Assembly (NCBI GenBank): GCA_016188775.1
Contig: JACPHC010000006.1
Span: 618-64,617, forward strand
Length of the DNA stretch: 64,000 nt
Source: Parcubacteria group bacterium
GTDB lineage: Bacteria; Patescibacteriota; Minisyncoccia; JACPHC01
Direction: 5' to 3'
Positions within the stretch are counted from its first letter, which is position 1, and the number at the start of each line of letters is the position of its first letter. Shown here one piece after another: positions 56,448-64,000 of the stretch. The notes under the pieces are model-generated. The model saw only the letters and a program-made list of their open reading frames with translations. It did no database searches and was not told the DNA's origin. A program made the position numbers and the translations under genes.

Positions 56448-56909
56448 ATGAATAAAAAAGTTTTATTTTTTGTTGTTATAATAATCGCTGTTATTTCAAT
56501 CAGTGCATATTTTTGGCTACAGAAGGCAGATGTTCTTATTTCTACTCCTGCTTCACGAAAAACATCGCCTACACCAACTTCAAATGAGCTGACTACAAAA
56601 GTAAAGAACCCCACTATTGCTAATTCGGCAAACGATCTTGTCGGCAACAACAACCTTGAAAGTATCGGCTTAATTTGGGATAGAGAAGAAGGCGCGGTAG
56701 AATATGTTATTTTCCGCTCCGATTTCATAAGCGGCCCCTTTGTGGAATTTAGACGTATTCGTGCAGGTATTGAGATACGCGCAAACACCGAGGATATTAC
56801 ACCGGATGCTAGGACAAAAACGCTTTGCTATAAAATTGAAGCAAGAGACATTGCCGGAAAGATCATTAGAATTTATGAACCGATATGCGTGCCAAAGTGG
56901 CAAGAATAA
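56448..56909 (+). CDS. Membrane-anchored or secreted protein that is a single-domain paralog of a domain within the downstream large protein
   Basis: The start at ATG 56448 is preferred. It is preceded by ATGACA, 17 nt, then TATAAT ending 7 nt upstream. The track start 56385 lies inside the inverted repeat. Residues ~60-150 duplicate residues ~160-245 of ORF 56931..59684. Confidence 0.55.
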   Translation: MNKKVLFFVVIIIAVISISAYFWLQKADVLISTPASRKTSPTPTSNELTTKVKNPTIANSANDLVGNNNLESIGLIWDREEGAVEYVIFRSDFISGPFVEFRRIRAGIEIRANTEDITPDARTKTLCYKIEARDIAGKIIRIYEPICVPKWQE

Positions 56910-56930
56910 ATCATCAGAATAAATTTAATT

Positions 56931-59684
56931 ATGGACAGTACCGAAGTTAATCAGACAAAAATTTCAGTTAAGCACGTTGCTACTGCAATTGTGGGCTTAG
57001 TTTTTATTGTTTTTGCCAGCCAGATTCCACAACCTACGAGCAGTTCAACAGTAATTCCGCCTGGAGGAATTGCTTTTGGGCCGGAAACATTTATCCGTTC
57101 AACGGATAAACCGGCAACAATAATTAGAAACTTTAGTGTTGCAAATCCAGATGCAAATTATTTCATCCAGATTCAAAATGGGGAAAATAGCACAAATCGA
57201 GTAAGTAGCGCAATTATAAAACTGAATGATCAAACCATTGTACCGCCCAACGAGTTTAACCAAAATGTTCCAGGATTAAGCAAGGGCATTGTTTTACAAC
57301 AAACCAATACTCTTGAAGTAGAACTCAGAAGTATGCCAAATAGCAGATTAACAGTTACGATCCGGCGAGAGATGATTAATACGACGATACAAAATAAAAG
57401 AAACGATCTTGTCGGCAACAACAACCTTGAAAGTATCGGCTTAGTTTGGGATAGAGAAGAAGGCGCGGTAGAATATGTTATTTTCCGCTCTGATTTCATA
57501 AGCGGCCCCTTTGTGGAGATCGGGCGAGCACCAACTGGCCTGGATAGAAGAACTAATGCAGAAGATATAACGGCCGACGCTAGAAAAAAGACACTCTGTT
57601 ATAAAGTTGAGGCGAGAGATATCGCCGGGAAAACAATACGAACCTACGAGCCAGTGTGCGTTTCCTCGCATGTTGCCAATCCTCATGAACTGGATGATTT
57701 AAGCAAAAGAATTTCCCCGGAGACTTTTTGCTTGAACGAACAACAACTCACTGATACATCCACAATGTCTCTAAGCGATATAGGGGTCTTTTTGCAAAAA
57801 TGGGACAGCTTCTTGATCCGCCAAGATAAAGATGTCGATGGCGTTCCGATTGACCCAGCCACAATTATTGCCAGTTCATCGGCGTCATTCGGGATTAATC
57901 CGCAAGCTATTCTTGGAACCCTCGAAAGAGAATCTGCAGCGATTACGAGGACATCTCCTCCACCGGAAACAACATTGAGGTTAATTATGGGTTTTGATTT
58001 AGCGCACCCAACTACAATCAGGCAACAAATTCAAGACGGAACAGCGCAATATCGTAGAGACTTTGATAGGTTAACGGGAGGCGAACCAACTGCCGGCGGT
58101 TGGCAGTTAGGTATTTCTAAAACTACTCTTGATGGTGTTGCTGTTGTGCCGCGCACAAAAGTATCTGCTGGAATGTTTTCGTACGATCCAGAAGTGGGTA
58201 TCGGTTGGGGTGGTAATACTGGCGCGGGAGGAAATTTTTTCCTTTGTCGAAGATGGGCCTCATTCAATTTTCCCATCCCACCCCAAGCGGTTACTCTGGA
58301 CCAACCCGCTGATGTCACTGCGACTTCATTAAAACTTTCTTGGGCGTTGCCCGCCTTCCCCGACCCCGACTTTTTACACTATAAAATTTTCCGCTCCACC
58401 AGCCCCAATGTTACCGAGAATGACACATTGGTAGCTACCATCACCAACCAATCCCAAACAGTACTTGCTAATACCGGACTTACACCAAACACCACTTTTT
58501 TCTATCGCGTCTTTGCGGTTGATCAAGATAATCTTTCCACCGGCAGCAATGAAGTATCTGCAAAAACGTCATTAGCTGTCGGATTAGCTAATACTCCCTG
58601 GCCAATGCTTAGGCATGACATGCAGCACTCAGGAAAATCTGTCTTTGTTGGCATAGATACTCCGGTATCAAAGTGGTTTCTCAATCTTCCAGATTTTGTA
58701 TTTTTTGAACTCGCTATTGGCAACGAGGGTGTTCTTTTCGGAAAAACAAGAAGCGATCAACTCCTTGCTATCAATCCAGACGGAACATTAAAATGGCAAT
58801 TGCAGTTAGAGCCGTCTCCTATTTTTACGCTTGGTTCAACTCCTGCCATTGCGGCTGATGGTGCCATTATTATAGGGGCTAAAAAGATCTACGCGGTGAA
58901 CCCGGATGGTTCAATTCGATGGTCTTTTGAATCTCCAGCTGATGAATTTTCACGTTCTTCCCCGGCGATCGGTTCCGATGGCACCATTTATATTGCCTCG
59001 ACCAATCTTTCGGTAGCAAAACTTTTCGCAATTAACCCGGATGGTACATTAAAGTGGCAGCAACCAGTCGGCTTTTTAAGTTTTGACTCTCCGGCGGTTG
59101 CTAATGACGGCACAATCTATATTCGAGCCCGAGGGAGTTCAAGCGCTTTTGATGCGCAGCTTTTAGCTTTTAATTCTGACGGATCACTTCGCTGGAGTTT
59201 CTTGCTTCCAGACGGAGAATCTAATCCATTGGTCGCTCAGGATGACACTGTATACCACATTGGCTACGACAACTTCTTGTACGCGATTAGTTCCAACGGC
59301 AATCTAAAATGGAAACAACGGATTAGCCCGGGATCAACTTCAGTATTTTCTAAAATTGGCTTAGACAATGATAGCAATGTTTATGTGGGGGCACACAGAG
59401 AAGGGAAAATTGTTTCCTATAATTCCTCTGGCAATCTCCGCTGGACATTGTCAATTGGTTTTCCGGTCAATTGCATCGGAGTAATGGACGCAAGTGAAAC
59501 TTTATATATAGGCACTAATAGTCACGGAGGAGTCTTTGCTGTTACGAAAGATGGTACTATAAAATGGCATTTTGTTTCCCCAGATAACCCTTTAGATATC
59601 GTTGGTTGTCCAATACTTGATCAAAACAGAACGCTTTATGTTGCCACTAATTCTCCGACACGAGTTTATGCGATCACGCAGTAG
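56931..59684 (+). CDS. Large membrane-anchored surface protein with a conserved N-proximal domain, an FN3 domain and a C-terminal PQQ-like beta-propeller repeat region
   Basis: N-terminal TM helix. The FN3 signature is LKLSWALP...FFYRVFAVDQDN. At least 7 repeats of the type DGT(L/I)KWQ, DGS(I/L)RWSF, NGNLKWK and SGNLRWT are present. Confidence 0.65.
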   Translation: MDSTEVNQTKISVKHVATAIVGLVFIVFASQIPQPTSSSTVIPPGGIAFGPETFIRSTDKPATIIRNFSVANPDANYFIQIQNGENSTNRVSSAIIKLNDQTIVPPNEFNQNVPGLSKGIVLQQTNTLEVELRSMPNSRLTVTIRREMINTTIQNKRNDLVGNNNLESIGLVWDREEGAVEYVIFRSDFISGPFVEIGRAPTGLDRRTNAEDITADARKKTLCYKVEARDIAGKTIRTYEPVCVSSHVANPHELDDLSKRISPETFCLNEQQLTDTSTMSLSDIGVFLQKWDSFLIRQDKDVDGVPIDPATIIASSSASFGINPQAILGTLERESAAITRTSPPPETTLRLIMGFDLAHPTTIRQQIQDGTAQYRRDFDRLTGGEPTAGGWQLGISKTTLDGVAVVPRTKVSAGMFSYDPEVGIGWGGNTGAGGNFFLCRRWASFNFPIPPQAVTLDQPADVTATSLKLSWALPAFPDPDFLHYKIFRSTSPNVTENDTLVATITNQSQTVLANTGLTPNTTFFYRVFAVDQDNLSTGSNEVSAKTSLAVGLANTPWPMLRHDMQHSGKSVFVGIDTPVSKWFLNLPDFVFFELAIGNEGVLFGKTRSDQLLAINPDGTLKWQLQLEPSPIFTLGSTPAIAADGAIIIGAKKIYAVNPDGSIRWSFESPADEFSRSSPAIGSDGTIYIASTNLSVAKLFAINPDGTLKWQQPVGFLSFDSPAVANDGTIYIRARGSSSAFDAQLLAFNSDGSLRWSFLLPDGESNPLVAQDDTVYHIGYDNFLYAISSNGNLKWKQRISPGSTSVFSKIGLDNDSNVYVGAHREGKIVSYNSSGNLRWTLSIGFPVNCIGVMDASETLYIGTNSHGGVFAVTKDGTIKWHFVSPDNPLDIVGCPILDQNRTLYVATNSPTRVYAITQ

Positions 59685-59755
59685 TAAAGCAGGGATATAA
59701 GAAGGAATTCTTCCAAATCAAAATTGTTGGGGATGAATAAAGCAATGTATTAAAG

Positions 59756-59946
59756 AGAATTTTCTCCACGAGCCGCAAGTGAAGCCCCGCTGCCTACTCG
59801 TTCAGAGCGGCGGCTGGCGGCGGACTTCCTTAGTTCAGGAATTTTTGATAAACCCCCATGCCTAAAATTTAGGTGTGGGGTTAAAGCAAGTTCGAGCGCG
59901 GTCGTAAATATACACCAAAATAAAAAACCCGGGCGCGGGTTTTTTA
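59756..59946. repeat. Right copy of the ~190-bp inverted repeat
   Basis: See the left copy. An extended -10 element TGGTATAAT at 59957-59965 follows immediately. Confidence 0.9.
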
Positions 59947-59972
59947 AAATTATTTGTGGTATAATTTCTTTG

Positions 59973-61325
59973 ATGTCTCATCTTTCTTTTTTCGGCGGAG
60001 TTGAAGAAGTGACCGGTTCAAATTATCTTTTGGAACATAAAGATAAAAAGATTTTGATTGATTGCGGAATGTTTCAGGGTTCGCGTTTTGCCGAAGAAAA
60101 AAATTTCGAACCTTTTCCTTATAATCCTAAAAAAATCGATTTTTTAGCCATTACTCATTCGCACATTGATCATATCGGCCGCATTCCAAAACTTTATCGG
60201 GAAGGTTTTCGAGGCAAAATTTTTTCCACCCGGCCGATCAAAGATTTCGCGGAACTTTTTTTATCCGACAGTCTTAAACAGTTGGAAGATATAGCGAGAG
60301 ATTTTAAAAAAGAACCCTTTTTTGACGAAAAAGATTTAATCGGCGCGATGAATCTTTTTGAAACCTACGACTACGGAGAAAAAATCGATCTGGGAGAAAA
60401 TTTTTATTTGATTTTTCGCGATGCCGGCCATATTTTGGGCTCCAGTATTATTGAAGTTTTTATAAACGGACAAAAATTGGCCTTTACCGGCGATTTAGGC
60501 AATCCGCCAACGCCGATTTTGAAACCAACCGAACGAATTTCTAACGCCGATTGGCTGATTATGGAGGCGACTTACGGCAATCGTTTGCACGAGGATAAAT
60601 TAAAAAGAAAGACGTTGTTGGAACGGGCCATTGAAGACACGGTGACCCAGGGCGGAGTTTTAATGATTCCGGCTTTTGCCATGGAAAGAACGCAGGAGAT
60701 ACTTTACGAATTGGACGAGCTGGTGAAAAATCATCGAATTCCCCGGATTCCCATTTTTATTGACAGTCCCTTGGCTATTAAAGCCACGAATATTTATAAA
60801 AAATACACCGATTATTATAATCAGGAGGCGATTAGCCTGATTCGTTCCGGCGAAGATTTTTTCCGTTTTTCCGGACTTAAATTCACCGAAACAAAAGAAG
60901 AATCAAAAAAAATCAACGATGTTCCGGCGCCAAAGATTATTATTGCCGGTTCCGGCATGTCCAACGGCGGCCGGATTTTGCATCATGAGCGCCGATACCT
61001 GGCCGATCCCAAAAGCCTTCTTTTGATTATCGGCTATCAAGCTTTTGGTTCGCTTGGCCGGAGATTGCTTGACGGAGAGAAAGAGGTCCGGCTGTTTGGC
61101 GAAACTATTCCGGTTCGGGCTCGGGTTCGGGCGATTGGCGGCTATTCGGCTCACGCGGACCAAGAAGGGCTTTTGGAATTCGTTTCCAATATGCGCGAAA
61201 CTTTAAAAAAAGTTTTTTTGGTGCACGGTGAATTCGGAGCCGCGGAAACTCTGGCTTTAAAAATCAAAGACGAAATGGCAATTGAGGCGATTATACCAAA
61301 ATTTGGAGAAAAATTTGAAATTTGA
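59973..61325 (+). CDS. MBL-fold beta-CASP family ribonuclease (RNase J / CPSF-like)
   Basis: HxHxDH motif in ITHSHIDHIGRIP, plus DAGH, EATYGN and a C-terminal His. The ATG at 59973 lies only 7 nt after the -10 hexamer, which suggests a leaderless transcript. Confidence 0.6.
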   Translation: MSHLSFFGGVEEVTGSNYLLEHKDKKILIDCGMFQGSRFAEEKNFEPFPYNPKKIDFLAITHSHIDHIGRIPKLYREGFRGKIFSTRPIKDFAELFLSDSLKQLEDIARDFKKEPFFDEKDLIGAMNLFETYDYGEKIDLGENFYLIFRDAGHILGSSIIEVFINGQKLAFTGDLGNPPTPILKPTERISNADWLIMEATYGNRLHEDKLKRKTLLERAIEDTVTQGGVLMIPAFAMERTQEILYELDELVKNHRIPRIPIFIDSPLAIKATNIYKKYTDYYNQEAISLIRSGEDFFRFSGLKFTETKEESKKINDVPAPKIIIAGSGMSNGGRILHHERRYLADPKSLLLIIGYQAFGSLGRRLLDGEKEVRLFGETIPVRARVRAIGGYSAHADQEGLLEFVSNMRETLKKVFLVHGEFGAAETLALKIKDEMAIEAIIPKFGEKFEI

Positions 61326-61343
61326 TACAATATTTATACAACT

Positions 61344-61430
61344 GTCATTGCGAGTCCCGCTTTAGCGGGGCGTGGCAATCTCTTCTTTTGACTAATTTTA
61401 GAGATTGCTTCGCTTTCAGCTCGCAATGAC
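61344..61430. repeat. Copy F of the family-1 miniature palindromic element
   Basis: GTCATTGCGAGTCCCGCTTTAGCGGGGCGTGGCAATC ... GATTGCTTCGCTTTCAGCTCGCAATGAC. Confidence 0.8.
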
Positions 61431-61478
61431 AAAATATGCTTTTATATAAATTCTATTAATGAAGTTAAAATTATTTTT

Positions 61479-62099
61479 ATGTCTAAATTATCGAACGCTC
61501 AAAAATATCATTTAAAATATAAAATCGCGGTTTCCGGCGCGGCCGAATCCGGCAATTGTTCGGATTACGCCTTGGAAAAAGCTAGGGAAATCGGCAAAGA
61601 AATCGTCAAACAAGGCGCGGTTTTAGTCACTGGCGCCACTACCGGCATTCCTTATTGGGCCGCGAAAGGAACTAAAGAAGAAGGAGGTATTAGCATCGGT
61701 GTTTCGCCGGCGGCCTCGGAAAGGGATCATGTTAAAAAATATCGGCTGCCTATAGATTATTTTGACATTATGATTTATACCGGCTTTGAATATTCCGGCC
61801 GGAATTTATTGATGACTCGGGCGGCCGATGCCGTGATTGTCATCTGCGGCCGGATGGGCACGTTAAACGAGTTCACTATCGCCTTTGAAGATCATAAAGC
61901 CATCGGCGTGCTTTTGGGCACCGGCGGGACCGCCGATATGCTTCGGGAAATCGTGGCCAGAGCTCATCGGGGTCCGGGGAAAATTGTCTACGACGACAAT
62001 CCTAAAAAATTAGTGGAGCGGCTTTTGAAAATTATTAAAAAAGAAAAAATGGCCGATGTTGTCAAGCAAAGAATTTTGGCTCGACAAGGGAAAATTTAA
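61479..62099 (+). CDS. Rossmann-fold nucleotide-binding protein of the TIGR00725 / SLOG (LOG-DprA-like) family
   Basis: IAVSGAAESGNCSDYALEKAREIGKEIVKQGAVLVTGATTGIPYWAAKG...GISIGVSP. Confidence 0.45.
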   Translation: MSKLSNAQKYHLKYKIAVSGAAESGNCSDYALEKAREIGKEIVKQGAVLVTGATTGIPYWAAKGTKEEGGISIGVSPAASERDHVKKYRLPIDYFDIMIYTGFEYSGRNLLMTRAADAVIVICGRMGTLNEFTIAFEDHKAIGVLLGTGGTADMLREIVARAHRGPGKIVYDDNPKKLVERLLKIIKKEKMADVVKQRILARQGKI

Positions 62100-62131
62100 A
62101 GGTCCGAATAATTTATTAATAAAATAAAATA

Positions 62132-62389
62132 ATGGAAGCCGAAGAAAAATTAGTCGGTGTCATTACCCATTATTATCCGAAAATAAAAGTGGGCGTCATT
62201 GAATTGGCGGATAATTTGAGCGTTGGCGACAAAATTCGGATCAAGGGCAATTCAACCGATTTTGAGCAAATCGTTAGTTCAATTCAGGTTGAACATAGAG
62301 ACATTCAGCAGGCGAAAAAAAGCGAAGTAGTGGGGATCGGACTGGATCAGCCGGCGAGCGAAAATTACAAAGTTTATAAAGCCCAGTAA
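62132..62389 (+). CDS. Small hypothetical protein
   Basis: 85-aa ORF. Confidence 0.35.
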   Translation: MEAEEKLVGVITHYYPKIKVGVIELADNLSVGDKIRIKGNSTDFEQIVSSIQVEHRDIQQAKKSEVVGIGLDQPASENYKVYKAQ

Positions 62390-62390
62390 A

Positions 62391-62834
62391 ATGATTTTCA
62401 CCGATTTTAGTTATGAAATTTTAATTCAGCTTATTTTAGCCGTGATTCTTGGAGCGGTTATTGGTTTTGAGCGAACCGTTTCTGGCAAGGCCGCCGGTCT
62501 TCGAACTTACGCTTTAGTGACTTTAGGGTCAACGATTTTCACTATTCTTTCCCGTTTGGCTTTTCGGCCCGATGTTTTAAACAACCAATTTGACCCGACC
62601 AGAATCGCCGCTCAAATCGTTGTGGGTATCGGTTTTATTGGCGCCGGCTTAATCGTCATCAAAGAACAAAAACTTCAGGGACTGACAACCGCGGCCGGTC
62701 TTTGGACAGCCGCGGCCGTGGGAATGGCTATCGGCGCCAAGTTTTATTTTACCGCCCTGTCCAGCGTTTTTTTAATCGTTTTAATTTTAGCCATTTTAAG
62801 ATGGGCGAGAATTGAGGAACGATTTTCTAAATGA
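62391..62834 (+). CDS. MgtC/SapB-family membrane protein
   Basis: ILAVILGAVIGFERTVSGKAAGLRTYALVTLGSTIF. Confidence 0.65.
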   Translation: MIFTDFSYEILIQLILAVILGAVIGFERTVSGKAAGLRTYALVTLGSTIFTILSRLAFRPDVLNNQFDPTRIAAQIVVGIGFIGAGLIVIKEQKLQGLTTAAGLWTAAAVGMAIGAKFYFTALSSVFLIVLILAILRWARIEERFSK

Positions 62835-63967
62835 CCATCAGTCGTTTTTATTTGGCCATAAGCATTTTAGTCGGCGCGATTGTCGGAGTAGGAATTTTTA
62901 GCTTGCCCTATTTGGCTTCCCAGGCGGGTTTTTTTGTTTCTCTTTTTTGGCTGACTCTTTTGGCTTTAGTTTCTGCTTATCTTCACTTGATGTATGGCGA
63001 AATTATTTTACGGACTGGCCAAGAACATCGTTTCCCCGGTTACGTCCGTTATTATCTCGGAAAAATTTGGGGCCTTCTTTCGTCTTTTTCCACGATTTTT
63101 GGCCTTTGGCTGTCCCAACTTGTTTATATTATAGTCGGCGCGGGATTTTTAGAGCTGATTTTTAAAAATTTCGTGAAGCCTCCTCCCGGTTTTTGGGCTT
63201 TTTCTTTGTTTATTTTGGGCGCTTTTTTTATTTATCTTGATATTACTCGGTTAGCCAAAGGAGAATTATTTTTTAATTTTTTTTTAATTTTAATTTTTTT
63301 TTTGATATTTTTAGCCAGTTGGTCGTTGATTCGTTTTGAAAATTTTTACGGTTTTTCTCGGCAAAATTTTTTCCTTCCTTACGGCGCCACTCTTTTCACT
63401 CTCACCGGCCTGATGAGTATCGCGGAAGTCAAAGAAGTGTTGGCGCCGGATTTTTCGCTTTTCAAAAAAGCGATTAAGGCGGGTATTTTTATTTCGGCGT
63501 TAATTTCTTTGATTTTTTTAATAACCGTTTTGGGAGTCAGCGGCAACTTAACCAGCGAAAATTCTATTGCCGGTCTGGAAAAATTTTTGCCAAGATCAAT
63601 TATCGCGCTTCTGTCTGGGTTTGGCTTTCTAGCTGTTTTTACTTCATTTTTAACCACAGGATTTAGTTTGAAAAAAGTTTTTTGGTATGACTGGGCCGTT
63701 CCGAAAAATTTATCTTTTTTTTTCGCGGTCTTACCGCCGATTATTTTTTATTTTTCCAGCTTTAAAAATTTTATTGAGATTATCAGTTTTAGCGGAACTA
63801 TTTTTTTAGGCTTCGATGCTCTTCTTTTGCTTTTTATTTATCGAAAATCAAAAACCAAAGGAGATAGAAGTCCGGAATATAGCTTGCGATCTTCAATTCT
63901 CCCTCTTTTTATTGGTATAATATTGGTATTGGGAGTTTTAGCTTATTTTTTTAAAAATCCTATATAA
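62831..63967 (+). CDS. Polytopic transporter-like membrane protein, possibly an amino-acid permease
   Basis: 378 aa with about 11 TM helices and no diagnostic motif. Confidence 0.35.
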   Translation: MTISRFYLAISILVGAIVGVGIFSLPYLASQAGFFVSLFWLTLLALVSAYLHLMYGEIILRTGQEHRFPGYVRYYLGKIWGLLSSFSTIFGLWLSQLVYIIVGAGFLELIFKNFVKPPPGFWAFSLFILGAFFIYLDITRLAKGELFFNFFLILIFFLIFLASWSLIRFENFYGFSRQNFFLPYGATLFTLTGLMSIAEVKEVLAPDFSLFKKAIKAGIFISALISLIFLITVLGVSGNLTSENSIAGLEKFLPRSIIALLSGFGFLAVFTSFLTTGFSLKKVFWYDWAVPKNLSFFFAVLPPIIFYFSSFKNFIEIISFSGTIFLGFDALLLLFIYRKSKTKGDRSPEYSLRSSILPLFIGIILVLGVLAYFFKNPI

Positions 63968-63976
63968 TAATTAAAG

Positions 63977-64000
63977 AAGTTATTCTAAAAATTCTAGAAT
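63977..64000 (+). repeat. Probable 5' end of a fourth family-2 element, truncated by the window edge
   Basis: AAGTTATTCTAAAAATT matches the family-2 left terminus. Confidence 0.35.

Noticed and set aside
56625-57665. Diversity-generating retroelement (template/variable repeat pair) explaining the duplicated domain
   Set aside because: The substitutions between the copies are of all types, not adenine-specific. No reverse transcriptase or accessory gene is present in the window.

Overview
The window is an AT-rich, gene-dense bacterial chromosomal segment with a reduced, Patescibacteria/CPR-like gene complement (this attribution is inference). The replication-origin neighbourhood is recognisable as rpmH-rnpA-yidC-jag on the minus strand facing dnaA-dnaN on the plus strand, with DnaA-box-like motifs between dnaA and dnaN. 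The other housekeeping genes are xerC/D-like recombinase, PBP1A, ruvC, yebC, ruvB, ruvA, pilB/gspE ATPase, tsaE, polA, a histidine kinase, a tandem-REC response regulator, mutM, holA, rpsT, uvrB, FemAB, murE-like, an MgtC-family protein, a beta-CASP RNase and tRNA-Arg(CCG). Three accessory regions stand out. (1) About 3.8-16.6 kb holds a minimal type-IV-secretion-like cluster upstream of the origin genes: a VirB6/TrbL-like polytopic protein, a VirB2/TrbC-like pilin with a Cys-rich C-terminal extension, a PrgI/VirB3-like protein, several secreted or bitopic proteins, and a Gram-positive-type VirB4 ATPase that appears split in frame by a 219-bp insert carrying a miniature palindromic element. 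(2) About 38.3-48.7 kb is a copper/thiol-redox island with a CcdA/DsbD-like protein, a thioredoxin-like protein, DoxX, a CuA-type cupredoxin, CopA and CopZ. (3) About 56.2-59.9 kb is a compositionally distinct segment immediately 3' of tRNA-Arg, bounded by near-perfect 190-bp inverted repeats. It encodes a membrane-anchored FN3 plus PQQ-like beta-propeller surface protein and a short paralog that shares a recently homogenised domain. The window also contains two dispersed repeat families. One is a MITE-like element, about 85-100 bp, with GTCATTGCGAG/CTCGCAATGAC termini (6 copies). The other is an ~86-bp element with AAGTATYCTAAAAATTTTT termini, found just upstream of three genes (3 full copies plus one truncated at the window end). 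A 40-bp palindromic motif centred on GACGGCCGTC occurs three times. No CRISPR array, transposase or reverse transcriptase was seen. Every functional call rests on motif recognition by eye and needs confirmation by homology search.
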